Below are positions 27,526 through 42,617 of a stretch of DNA of 64,000 nucleotides, in pieces (the stretch's first letter is position 1; every line of letters starts with the position of its first letter). The translations under genes and the position numbers were made by a program. The notes under the pieces are model-generated. The model saw nothing but the letters and a program-made list of their open reading frames with translations, was not told the origin of the DNA and ran no database searches. Origin of the DNA: Eledone cirrhosa (taxonomy: Eukaryota); contig OZ024762.1 in assembly GCA_964016885.1 (NCBI GenBank), positions 2,232,001 through 2,296,000 of the forward strand, read 5' to 3'.

Positions 27526-27649
27526 GTGGTAGAAGAAGAAGAAGAAAAAAAAGAAGAAAAAAAAGAAGAAGAAGAAGAAGAAGAAGACATCACATTACTG
27601 TCCCTCTCTCCCTCTAAACATACCAGATATCTACCTCTCTGGTCACAAA

Positions 27650-29010
27650 TGGTAATATGGTGGAATGGTGGAATGGTGGAATGGTGCAATGGTGGAATGG
27701 TGGGATGGTGCAATGGTTGAATGGTGGGATGGTGGAATGGTGGAATGGTGGGATGGTGGAATGGTGGAATGGTGGGATGGTGGAATGGTTGAATGGTGGG
27801 ATGGTGGAATGGTGGAATGGTGGAATTGTGGAATGGTGGAATGGTGGAATGGTGGAATGGTGGGATGGTGGAATGGTGGAATGGTGGGATGGTGGAATGG
27901 TGGAATGGTGGGATGGTGGAATGGTGGAATGGTTGAATGGTGGGATGGTGGAATGGTGGAATGGTGGAATGGTGGAATGGTGGAATTGTGGAATGGTGGA
28001 ATGGTGGGATGGTGGAATGGTTGAATGGTGGGATGGTGGAATGGTGGAATGGTGGGATGGTGGAATGGTTGAATGGTGGGATGGTGGAATGGTGGAATGG
28101 TGGAATTGTGGAATGGTGGAACGGTGGAATGGTGGAATGGTGGAATGGTGGAATGGTGGGATGGTGGGATGGTGGAATTGTGGAATGGTGGAATGGTGGG
28201 ATGGTGGAATTGTGGAATGGTGGAACGGTGGAATGGTGGAATGGTGGGATGGTGGAATGGTGGAATTGTGGGATGGTGGGATGGTGGAATTGTGGGATGG
28301 TGGAACGGTGGAATGGTGGAATGGTGAGATGGTGGAATGGTGGAATGGTGGGATGGTGGAATTGTGGAATGGTGGAACGGTGGAATGGTGGAATGGTGAG
28401 ATGGTGGAATGGTGGAATGGTGAGATGGTGGGATGGTGGAATGGTGGGATGGTGGAATGGTGGAATGGTGGGATGGTGGAATGGTGAGATGGTGGAATTG
28501 TGGAATGGTGGAACGGTGGAATGGTGGAATGGTGGAATGGTGGGATGGTGGAATGGTGGAACGGTGGGATGGTGGAATGATGGAACGGTGGAATGGTGGA
28601 ATGGTGGAATGGTGGAATGGTGGGACGGTGGAATGGTGGAATGGTGAGATGGTGGAATGGTTGAATGGTGGGATGGTGGAATGGTGGAATGGTGGGATGG
28701 TGGAATGGTGAGATGGTGGAATGGTGAGATGGTGGAATGGTTGAATGGTGGGATGGTGGAATGGTGGAATGGTGGGATGGTGGAACGGTGGAATGGTGGA
28801 ATGGTGGGATGGTGGAATGGTGGAACGGTGGGATGGTGGAATGATGGAACGGTGGAATGGTGGAATGGTGGAATGGTGGAATGGTGGGACGGTGGAATGG
28901 TGGAATGGTTGAATGGTGGGATGGTGGAATGGTGGAACGGTGGAACGGTGGAATGGTGGAATGGTGAGATGGTGGAATGGTGAGATGGTGGAATGGTGAG
29001 ATGGTATGAT
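27650..29010. repeat. 8-bp satellite (TGGTGGAA)n with variants
   Basis: Direct inspection; source of the MVEWWNGG ORFs. Confidence 0.95.
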
Positions 29011-29146
29011 GGCGAGATGAGAATGTTAGAACTTATGAATAGCAGCTGGTCTCCTATGTTGTTATCTGACAAAGACAACCATTGTTTCTCTGTGTACAGA
29101 ATCTTTCCCCTAGATCTTGTGTTATAGTTGCCATTACATATATATC

Positions 29147-29179
<33 letters not shown>

Positions 29180-29392
29180 CTATATCTATCTATCTATCTA
29201 TATATATATATATATCTATATCTATCTATCTATCTATATATATATATATATCTATATCTATCTATCTATCTATATATATATATATATCTATATCTATCTA
29301 TCTATCTATATATTTATATTTATACAAATATATATATATTTATATATATACAAATATATATATATACATATATATCTATATCTATCTATCTA

Positions 29393-29431
<39 letters not shown>

Positions 29432-29432
29432 A

Positions 29433-29491
<59 letters not shown>

Positions 29492-30408
29492 TCATCATCA
29501 TCCTCATACGTCCACTTTTCCCTGCTTGCAAGGGTGGGACAGGTCCTATTCAACACAGCATCTCTCCACTTATCATGGTCCTACGTCATCTCCTCCGTCA
29601 GCTTCAGTGATCCTGGGTCACCTCTCATCACCATGTGCATCACATGTCCATACCATCTCAGTCTTCTCTCCCACACACTACAGTTTATTCCTCGTCTTCT
29701 TATGTGGCTTCAATAAAATCTGAAAGTTGCTTAAAGATATTTATCATTTCTTTGCAATTTACAGGGAAATTCCTATTTTCTGACATGTTTACATTCCGCA
29801 TAGCTTAGTGGTTAGAGCATTGGGCTTGCAATCGAAAGGTTGTGAGTTCACTTTTCGGACCGGGTGATGTGTTGTTTCTTTGAGCAAGACACTTTATTTC
29901 ACGTTGCTCCAGTTTACTCAGCCATAGAAATGAGATGATAGGACTGGGGTCCCTATCATTAAATCACCCAAGATACCTCCAATGAGATATACCTTGGAGG
30001 AGGCCAGCTAAACCTGCATAAGTGTGAGCTGTGTCTCTTCTTTTACATGCCTACATATTAAATATGTGTATATATTTATACACATATTAAATATGTGTAT
30101 AAATATATACACATATTAAATATGTGTATAAATATATACACACTTACACACTGGCGCAGTCTCAGTTACAAAACCTGTATTTATAGAAATATAATTTTAT
30201 CATACAGTTCAGCAGCTAGTGCACTTATTGTTGTTTATAAAGTACCAGTAATGCACTGGGGTTGATTCAATTGACTCCCCCCTCCCCATAAAATTGTTGG
30301 CCCTGTGCCTATTGTAGAAACCTTTGTTGTTATTATAATTTCATATATGTAGAGAGACTTGGACAGTTTAGCAAGAGATGGCGACCTGAAGAGAACTGCT
30401 TTTTCCGC

Positions 30409-30478
<70 letters not shown>

Positions 30479-31024
30479 CCAACACCAACACCACCACCAA
30501 CAACAACAACAGGCAGAGGTTGTGGGGTGAGGTGGAAGGGAGGGGGAGATATATAAAAGGATGTGATAAAATGCCAGAAGGTACCGGAATGTCCCTGGCC
30601 TTTGACCCAGGATGATGGTGGAGTGGTGGGGTGGAGTTGAGGTGGTGGAGTGGAGTAGTGGTGGAGTGGTGGTGGAGTGGAGTAATGGTGGTGGTGGTGG
30701 AGGTTCGTTAATGAAGCTTTAAATTCTTCTGGTTGGTACCTGGCTGTGATAGGAAGTGTGGTGGAGGTGGGGTGGAGGTGGTGGTGGTGGTGGTGGTGGG
30801 GGTAGGAAGGGGACAGGTCCCTTTCTTTGGTAAATATTGGATTTTCTATATTAAACATTCTAAAAGGATTTCATTATTTCAGTGTGTCTAAATATATATA
30901 CATATATGTGTATGTATGTGCATATACAGACATATATATATATATATATATACACATACATATATATATATATACGTATATATATATATATACACACATA
31001 TATATATATATACATACATACATA

Positions 31025-31064
<40 letters not shown>

Positions 31065-31130
31065 CATACCATATATATATACATACATACATATATACAT
31101 TGATATATATATACATACATACATATATAC

Positions 31131-31207
<77 letters not shown>

Positions 31208-31523
31208 CATACATATTCGAATCTACAAGATTTTGATATTATCTATTTTAAGAACAATACCTTAACATCAGTATGAGCAGTCAGTTAAAGCCGGTTTGAA
31301 CAGAAAAAGGTGTGAGAATTCTGACCGGATACGGCTGGTTTCAATGCTAAAGGGTTAAACACTGCTTGGCGGGAGTTTTTCTTGACTAATTGCATGGATA
31401 ACCAGTTAATGAAAATGTTTTCAGTATTTCAAATCACTATATATGGTGTGTGTGTGTGTGTGTGTGTGTTTGAATGTGTTTGAATGTGTGTGTGTGTGTG
31501 TGTGTGTTTGAATGTGTATGTGC

Positions 31524-31554
<31 letters not shown>

Positions 31555-32193
31555 TGAATGTGTATGTGTGTGTTTGAATGTGTATGTGTGTGTGTGTTTG
31601 TCTGTGTTTTTGTATGCGTGTGTGTATGTGTTTGTATGTGTGTATGTGTGTGTACATGTGTGTATGTGTATGTGTGTGTATGTGTGTTTGAATGTGTGTG
31701 TGTATGTGTGTGTATGTGTTTGTATGTGTGTGTGTATGTATGTGTGTGTATGTATGTGTATGTATGTGTTTGTATGTGTGTGTGTATGTGTATGTGTATA
31801 TGTGTGTGTATATGTGTATATGTGTGTGTGTGTAACACCTTTGTTATACTTCTTCACATTGGCAATAACACCTCCTCCCCTTCCCCCTCCCCCTCTCCCT
31901 CCTCCCCTTACTCTCCCTCCTCCCCTCGTCTTCACTTCTCTCCCCCCCCGGTTCCCAACTCCCCCTCTTACCCCCCCCCCCTACTTCCACTATCCTCTCC
32001 CTGCTGCTGCAGTTGCTGTTATTATTGCAGCTGCACATAATTACTGGTGTTGTTGTTGCAGTTGCTGCAAAACACAAACTTCTCAAATGACCAATGTAGG
32101 GAACTGACTACTCATATGTGTATATATATACATATGTACATATATATATATATACATATGTATATATATATATATATGTATATATATGTACAC

Positions 32194-32381
<188 letters not shown>

Positions 32382-32837
32382 ATAGTCTACAAATATACAA
32401 AAATATATACAATGTGGGGAGGATAAGCCATGATGGAATGTTTAGTCATCATCTTATTGATGATGATGGTGACTATGATGATGATGATGATGATGTTGAT
32501 GTTGACTATGATGATGTTGATGTTGACTATGATGATGATGATGTTGATGTTGACTATGATGATGTTGATGTTGACTATGATGATGATGATGTTGATGTTG
32601 ACTATGATGATGATGATGTTGATGTTGACTATGATGATGTTGATGTTGACTATGATGATGGTGATGGTGATGATGTCTGTAAAACAGCTGCCAATTTTCT
32701 ATATAGACCACAGCAGACAGTTCTAGAACTTCATCACCACGGCCACCACCACTCACTGCTCCAGCTGAGCCCCAGACACACAACTAGAAATTACTCTCCT
32801 CTCTGTCTATATATATATATGTATTTGTATATATATA

Positions 32838-33616
32838 TCCATATATATAAAACTGCGGATGTCTGTCTGTGTGTCTGTGAGTTTGAATCCCTAAAACTCG
32901 AGAAGCACCCAACTTTACATGTGTATTACTTCAACATCAATTTTTTTTTTTTTTTTAAACACTTTAGTCTTTATTGTGTTGTATGAGATGAAAGAATGGC
33001 ATTTAACTAATGTATTGGTACGCAATGGGGCCTACCCACAGCCCCGGCGGACAGAATGGAGAAGGCGTTTCCCTGGGGGACGGCAAGGGAGACACGCTGG
33101 AAAAGCCACTCCAACTCGCGGGGTTCACACCTGCGGCTGGCCATCTCAGCGCCTATGGTGGTGAATAAGGAGGTAGCCCTGGGGCCGAGGACACCAGAAG
33201 TCTCCACTGCCAGGGGAACGACCGCAAACCTGTCAGAGAGCGACCGGTATTTGAGGAGTTTGGCCCCCTCAGCCCGACGTGCAGCAGAACCTGGGTCAGT
33301 CGCAGACTGCACCAGGTTGCGGCTGCAGAAAGTGTCGGTGCAAGTGGCATCCCAGACGAGGGGTTTGCCACCGCGGAACGGGAAGATGGTCATGCCATCT
33401 GGCCTTTTAGGGAATGTTATGCACATAAAAAATTCAACTTTTTCATCCCCTAGGGCCACATTATGTGAAAAACTGCGTTTTTTCAGCTTTTTAGGCATTT
33501 TTTGAGGCGTTACGTCAGACTGATTTCCTTGAAATTGTAACTATGTATTAGTTAGTCTCTACTTCATACCGTGAGCAAAATACCTTATCCCGTGCAACGC
33601 CGAGTACCACTGCTAG
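32838..33616 (+). mobile_element. Non-autonomous Helitron
   Basis: A|TC...CTAG|T boundaries, 5' TCCATATATATAAAA, and a degenerate subterminal CCCGTGCAACGCCGAG hairpin shortly before CTAG. Confidence 0.65.
32941..33408 (-). mobile_element. 5'-truncated CRE-like RLE non-LTR retrotransposon with poly(A) tail, nested in the Helitron
   Basis: KRPDG..LVWDATCTDT..AEGAKLLKY..PLAVETSGVLG..LFQRVSLAV.QGNA is a restriction-like endonuclease C-terminus. AATAAA and an A-tail follow on the minus strand (T run from 32941). Confidence 0.75.
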
Positions 33617-33990
33617 TATATATATATATATATATATAATATATATATAATATATATATGTATGAGTGTGTATATGTATGTATATGTTTCTCTGTGTATA
33701 TATGTATATGTGTGGGTCTGTGTGTATATGTGTGTATATTGTATATATATATATATATGAATTATTGTTAGAGAATACAGTACCAAATTCTTGAACAAAC
33801 ATATTTATAGCTTTACAATATTTACATCATCATCATCATCGTTTAACGTCTAGCTTCCACGCTAGCATGGGTTAGACGGGAATTGTCCCACTTGAGGCAA
33901 GATTGATCGGGTGACTGTGTCTCGCTCGTATAGGACTGTATTTGGCAGGTTTTCTATGGTTGGATGCCCTTCTTAACACCAACCACATTT

Positions 33991-34072
<82 letters not shown>

Positions 34073-34680
34073 GTATATATGTAAAAGGTAAACAGAAATA
34101 ACAACACAATCGGTACAGTATATAGAAGGGATATATTAGATTAACGCTTGATATAGCAGGAAGAGGGTCTTAACGTTTCGGACGCTAGTCCTTTATATAG
34201 ATATATAGATATATATATATATAGATATATCAAGTAAGATAACAGAGTTAAGGACTCGCGAATAATCCTGTAATTAAATGAGCTCAAAGGGAAGAGTTTT
34301 CCTGGGCACTTTAACATACAATATATAGAAGGCTGAAACACAGGTGGTGGTAGTGATGTTGGTAGTGATGGTGGTGGCAGTTGATGTTGTTGTTGTTTGT
34401 TGTTCCTCTTGATGTTGGTGTTCATTTCATTCTAATGAAATATATATATATCTATATATATGTCCCACCCTTGCAAGCAGGGAAGAGCGGACGTAAAATG
34501 ATTATATATATACAATATATAGAGGGGAAAAACACAGGAGAGTGTGTTTTCCTTTGCAGGAATTTCAAACCACCAGCGTGAAGAGAGTATAAGCTAATAG
34601 AGGCATAGGAAAAACATTAAAAGTAAAAGTATAAATTAAAATGAGGAACCAGCCCCATACCTAGATCACACATGTAGAAA

Positions 34681-34750
34681 CTCACCAGAAGATTGTTTCG
34701 CCATTTAATGGGTTCCAATTCGGCCCAGTGGGTCATCAGCACGTTGAGAG
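34681..34750 (-). ncRNA. Degenerate hammerhead-like motif
   Basis: CTGATGA (34739-34733), extended stem II CCA-C-TGGG-CC...GG-AA-CCCA-TTAAA-TGG, GAAAC (34699-34695). Stems I and III are poor. Confidence 0.45.
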
Positions 34751-35160
34751 ATTGATATTGTCCACACTACTAGAATGAGAGAGAGAGAGCTATAGTAAAC
34801 TTCCTGTTGCATGTGTAAATAGAAGGAAATACTTGCACATGTCATTTCATCATCATCATCATTTTACGTCCACTTTTCCCTGCGTGCAAGGGTGGGACGG
34901 GAACTGATGCTGGCTTGATTTCTACAGCTGGATGCCCTTCCTAACACCAACCTCATGTGAGTGCTGGGTGCTTTTGTGTCGTGGCACCTCCACGACCACT
35001 TTACAGTGGAATGATAGGGACCCCCAGTCCTATCATCTCATTTCTACAGCTGAGTAAACTGGAGCAATGCTCAAGGAAACAACACATCACCCGGTCTGAG
35101 AATTGAACTCACAACCTTTCGGTTGCAAGGCCAATGCTCTAACCACTAAGCCATGTACCT

Positions 35161-35284
<124 letters not shown>

Positions 35285-35944
35285 TTACCTGTGTGTGTGT
35301 GTGTGTCTGTGTGTATGTATATTTACCTGTGTGTGTGCGTGTGTGTGTATGTGTGCATGTATATTTACCTGTGTGTGTGTGTATGTGTGCATGTATATTT
35401 ACCTGTGTGTGTGTGTGTATATATGTGCATGTATATTTACCTGTGTGTGTGTGTGTGTATATGTGCATGTATATTTACCTGTGTGTGTGTGTGTGTATGT
35501 GTGCATGTATATTTACCTGTGTGTGTGCGTGTGTGTATGTGTGCATGTATATTTACCTGTGTGTGTGTGTGTATATGTGCATGTATATTTACCTGTGTGT
35601 GTGTGTGTGTGTATGTGTGCATGTATATTTACCTGTGTGTGTGTGTGTGTATGTGTGCATGTATATTTACTTGTGTGTGTGTGTGTGTGTCTGTGCATGT
35701 ATATTTACCTGTGTGCATATATGTCTGTCTGTGTATGTGAGTTACCTGTAGTGAGGTGTTTAATATACCTATGGCTATCACCTGTGTTCTGAAGTTATTT
35801 AATTTAACGAGGCCTGGCAGGTGTGACCATTCACACAGGTATGTTTGTTCATTAAGAAGTGACACTAATTTGATCATTAACTCTGAGAATCCTGCCATAA
35901 TTTAGCAGAGAATATAAATACACTTATATATTGATTCATTAATC

Positions 35945-38910
35945 CACCACCACCACCACCACCACCACCATCATCACCATCATCATCATCATCATCACTG
36001 CCCCACCACCACCACCACCACCATCATCACCATCATGACCATCATCATCTACATCACCATCATCATCATCATCACCACCACCACCACCACCACCACCACC
36101 ACCACCACTATCACCATCACCACCATCGCCACCACCATCACCACCACCACCACCACCACCACCACCACCACCACCACCACCACCACCACCACCACCATCA
36201 TCATCACCACCACCATCACCACTACAATCACCACCACCACCACCATCACCACCACCATCATCATCACCACCATCACCATTACAATCACCACCACCACCAC
36301 CACCACCACCACCATAACCACTACAATCACCACCACCACCACCACCACCACCATAACCACTACAATCACCACCACCACCACCACCACCACCACCACCACC
36401 ACCATAACCACTACAATCACCACCACCACCACCACCACCACCACCACCACCACCACCACCACCACCATAACCACTACAATCACCACCACCACCACCACCA
36501 CCACCATAACCACTACAACCACCACCACCACCACCACCACCACCACCACCACCACCACCACCACCACCACCACCATAACCACTACAATCACCACCACCAC
36601 CACCACCACCACCACCACCATAACCACTACAATCACCACCACCACCACGACCACCACCACCACCACCACCACCACCACCACCACCACCACCACCACCACC
36701 ACCATAACCACTACAATCACCACCACCACCACCGCCACCACCATCACCACCACCACCACCACCACCACCACCACCACCACCATTCTCTCTACTCACAAGA
36801 AATAGACATGTAGTCCCAAAACCTCAATTGGATTGGTAGAGAGTGCTGTAATGTCACAACCCAGCCAAAACCTGCTCTGGTTCAATCAAATAAAACCATC
36901 CGTTCTAAAGGGTTCCTATCTAAGGCAGTTGTTAATAAGAAGAGTTGAAATTAATGCATGCAAGATTTCACAGCTCTAACATCACTCCTTCATAGTCAGC
37001 CTACAAACTTTTTATCTCACCCTCATATATATAAATATATATAACGAAGGACGTGTAGTGGTGGCAGTGGAGGTGGTGTGGTGGTGGCAGTGGTGGTGGT
37101 GGTGGCAGTGGAGGTGGTGTGGTGGTGGCAGTGGAGGTGGTGGCAGTGGAGGTGGTGTGGTGGTGGCAGTGGAGGTGGTGGCAGTGGTGGCAGTGGAGGT
37201 GGTGTGGTGGTGGCAGTGGTGGTGGTGTGGTGGTGGCAGTGGAGGTGGTGGCAGTGGAGGTGGTGTGGTGGTGGCAGTGGAGGTGGTGGCAGTGGTGGCA
37301 GTGGAGGTGGTGTGGTGGTGGCAGTGGAGGTGGTGGCAGTGGAGGTGGTGTGGTGGTGGCAGTGGAGGTGGTGGCAGTGGTGGCAGTGGAGGTGGTGTGG
37401 TGGTGGCAGTGGAGGTGGTGGCAGTGGTGGTGGTGTGGTGGTGGCAGTGGTGGCAGTGGAGGTGGTGGCAGTGGTGGTGGTGTGGTGGTGGCAGTGGAGG
37501 TGGTGTGGTGGTGGCAGTGGAGGTGGTGGCAGTGGAGGTGGTGTGGTGGTGGCAGTGGAGGTGGTGGCAGTGGTGGCAGTGGAGGTGGTGTGGTGGTGGC
37601 AGTGGAGGTGGTGGCAGTGGAGGTGGTGTGGTGGTGGCAGTGGAGGTGGTGGCAGTGGTGGCAGTGGAGGTGGTGTGGTGGTGGCAGTGGAGGTGGTGGC
37701 AGTGGTGGTGGTGTGGTGGTGGCAGTGGTGGCAGTGGAGGTGGTGGCAGTGGTGGTGGTGTGGTGGTGGCAGTGGAGGTGGTGTGGTGGTGGCAGTGGAG
37801 GTGGTGGCAGTGGTGGTGGTGTGGTGGTGGCAGTGGAGGTGGTGGCAGTGGTGGTGGTGGTGGCAGTGGAGGTGGTGTGGTGGTGGTGGTGGAGGTGGTG
37901 GCAGTGGTGGTGGTGGTGGCAGTATAGGTGGTGGTGGTAGTGGTGGGGGGAGTAATGGTGGTGTACGCCTCTCCATCACAGCACCACCGCCACCACCACC
38001 ACCGCCACCACCACACCACCACCACCACCACCACCACCACCACCACACCACCACCACCGCCACCACCACCACCGCCACCACCACACCACCACCACCACCA
38101 CCGCCACCACCACCACCGCCACCACCACACCACCACCACCGCCACCACCACCACCGCCACCACCACACCACCACCACCGCCACCACCACCACCGCCACCA
38201 CCACACCACCACCACCACCACCGCCACCACCACCACCGCCACCACCACACCACCACCACCGCCACCACCACCACCGCCACCACCACACCACCACCACCAC
38301 GCCACCACCACGCCACCACCACCACCGCCACCACCACACCACCACCACCGCCACCACCACACCACCACCACGCCACCACCACGCCACCACCACCACCGCC
38401 ACCACCACACCACCACCACCGCCACCACCACACCACCACCACGCCACCACCACGCCACCACCACCACCACCACCACACCACCACCACCGCCACCACCACC
38501 ACACCACCACCACGCCACCACCACGCCACCACCACCACGCCACCACCACCGCCACCACCACACCACCACCACCGCCACCACCACCACACCACCACCACGC
38601 CACCACCACGCCACCACCACCACGCCACCACCACCGCCACCACCACACCACCACCACCGCCACCACCACACCACCACCACCACGCCACCACCACCGCCAC
38701 CACCACACCACCACCACCGCCACCACCACACCACCACACCACCACCACCGCCACCACCACACCACCACCACCACGCCACCACCACCGCCACCACCACACC
38801 ACCACCACCGCCACCACCACACCACCACCGCCACCACCACACCACCACCACCGCCACCACCACACCACCACCGCCACCACCACCACCACACCACCACACC
38901 ACCACCACCA
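35945..38910. repeat. (CAC)n, (GTGGTGGCAGTGGAG)-type and (CACCACCGC)-type arrays
   Basis: Direct inspection. Confidence 0.9.
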
Positions 38911-39026
38911 GGGACATTCCACTGTTACTCTGTGACACAAAGTTGTTTAAATAAACATTTTGATACCATTTGAAACTGCCAGCGTCCTCTGTCATGTACT
39001 CAGTTCTTTAAGTACAGTTGTAGATG

Positions 39027-40299
<1,273 letters not shown>

Positions 40300-40661
40300 A
40301 AAAAGAGATGAAATCGAAAATGCAACTGGAGTCTTATTTTTTTTTTTTTAAATATATATTTATTTGGTTCCTTTACCGGTTTCGCAGTTCTTCTGCTTTT
40401 CAAAAGGTGAGTTGAGATGGAGGGTCTGTGGTTTTTCTCACAATCGTTTCTTCCAGACAACTGTCCAGACAACTGTCCGGTATCATCAGAGCAGTAATGC
40501 ACTGACCATCATACTAGTAATGCACTGGGATAATTACTGGCCTTGTACTAATAGTAGAAACAATTATATTAAATTATATTATATGGGTCGGAAAATGTTT
40601 TCCTTGAGCTATTTTAATTGTAAGGGACTATTCTGAGTTTCTAACTGAATATATACCTTTG

Positions 40662-40692
<31 letters not shown>

Positions 40693-40694
<2 letters not shown>

Positions 40695-40977
40695 AGGGCC
40701 TTGTTTCAGGGGGTACCAGGGGACAAGTAACCCCCAACTTTTTCAAACGTCTATATTTTATTTTTTGTTTATTTGATATAATAAATTCTTTTTAAGCTCA
40801 TTATTTTTATATTTGAATTTCATTTGAATATATAAAATTTAATTAGCGTAAAATTTTACTTATGTGATAGGGTCCAGGAAAGGGACCATAAGTAATTTAT
40901 GGTCCTTTAAGAATCAACAAATGTTGGTTTGTCCCCCCCCCCCCCCCCTCACATTTTTAAGGCAAACGAGGCCCCTG
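40693..40977. mobile_element. MITE with ~14-bp TIRs and TA flanks
   Basis: TA|CAAGGGCCTTGTTT...AAACGAGGCCCCTG|TA. Confidence 0.6.
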
Positions 40978-41083
40978 TATATATAGAAGATCCCGTTAAG
41001 GGTGAAAGCAGCGATTCTTTGCTTAAACTGTAATCTGTTATTTTAATAAATATATACACACACACACACACACACATATATAT

Positions 41084-41114
<31 letters not shown>

Positions 41115-41145
41115 TATATATATACACATATACACACATATACAC

Positions 41146-41218
<73 letters not shown>

Positions 41219-41355
41219 TATTTATATATATGTGTGTATATGTATAAAAGTAATATTTAGTCGTTTTGGCTGCTATTTCTAGCAGAACCAGTGACCACAC
41301 AAACGCCCCTCCCACTTTTATGAAAAGAAAAACAAAACAATAATCCAGTAGTTAC

Positions 41356-41590
41356 CTCTACATGGAGAGGTAGTAAGCCGAAGTAGGTCACCTTTACGAG
41401 GAGTGTTTTGTCAGTTAACAGAAAGAAAACAAATCGTTTTCGGCGCCAATTATAAAAAAAACATCTTCTATTAAGGTTAGTTTTATTTAATTAATTCACT
41501 AATTATTTTTAATTAATCTATTCTGAAATATCCGCAACTCAAAATGTGAACTTTTTAATAAAGTTTTCGTTAAATCTGGAATGTATGTAT
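41356..41590. promoter_or_regulatory. Putative (possibly bidirectional) promoter upstream of Mis18 with E2F-like, CCAAT and TATA-like motifs
   Basis: Non-repetitive island with TTTTCGGCGCCAAT (41437-41450) and TATAAAA. Outward-facing donors: AGAG|gtaact (minus, 41356) and AT|gtatgt (plus, 41582). Confidence 0.4.
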
Positions 41591-41640
41591 ATTTATATAT
41601 ATGAATATCTATCAGCTGGCATTAGGTCGATGTTTGGTTC

Positions 41641-41700
<60 letters not shown>

Positions 41701-41801
41701 CTGTATATATATATATATATAGGATATATATATCTGTATATATATATATATATATACTGGAATTGAATAATCAAGACCGTAGACGTATGTCATATCAAAT
41801 C

Positions 41802-41873
41802 ATATATTTTATCTGATGAGGACGTACTGAAAAAACACCACAGTACCTTTGAAATATATATAATAAAGTATAT
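41802..41873 (+). ncRNA. Type I hammerhead ribozyme motif (best preserved)
   Basis: 11-bp stem I ATATATTTTAT/ATAAAGTATAT, CTGATGA 41813-41819, stem II GGACGTACTG/CAGTACCTTT, GAAAT-ATAT-ATA (predicted cleavage after 41862), AATAAA. Confidence 0.8.
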
Positions 41874-41917
41874 ATTTTGATTATGAGAATATTTTTCATT
41901 TGTTAACATTTTGAATA

Positions 41918-41974
<57 letters not shown>

Positions 41975-42165
41975 TATACATACATATATTATTCAAAATG
42001 TTATATATAGATTGTATATGTGTGTATGTAAATATATATAGTATATGTGTGTATGTAAATATATATAGTATATGTGTGTATATAATATATTATATATGTA
42101 TGTATATATATTATATACATATGTATATATATATAATCTTTACTAATAATATATATTCGCTTTAC

Positions 42166-42208
<43 letters not shown>

Positions 42209-42509
42209 TATATATATATATATACACACACACATACAATCCTTATCGAACCCTCCTCAGATTTTGGTCTTTGTATTTAGTTATATATATATATATATAG
42301 CAAAGAATTGGGGTAAGGAACCAGATGGACCATAACGCACCACAGTACTCAATACTTAGGGTAGTAGAGTGGGTAATAGGAAAAGATTCAGGACCCCGAC
42401 GGCAGAGCTCCGGCCGTTTTGACAGATAGATCTGAACACTACTACCCTAAGCATTGAGTACTCTGGTGCGTTATGGTCCATCTGGTATCTTACAACATCC
42501 TCTTTGTTA

Positions 42510-42563
<54 letters not shown>

Positions 42564-42617
42564 TACATATATAGTTGATAAATGAAACAAAACAAACGGA
42601 TGAAAAAATACAAAGTG

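Noticed and set aside
27516-29078. 520-aa TIPPFHHS and MVEWWNGG ORFs
   Set aside because: An 8-bp satellite that lacks stops by composition.
29790-29865. tRNA gene (also 53506-53580)
   Set aside because: tRNA-like SINE head continuing into a CORE-like body; no proper acceptor stem.
35939-38995. Gly-, Thr- and His-rich ORFs of up to 642 aa
   Set aside because: GGT/CAC arrays open in all frames, with no convincing splice or domain context.
40388-40406. Upstream coding exon of Mis18
   Set aside because: Mis18 has its own ATG exon at 44323, and this segment lies upstream of the inferred promoter; kept only as an orphan candidate.
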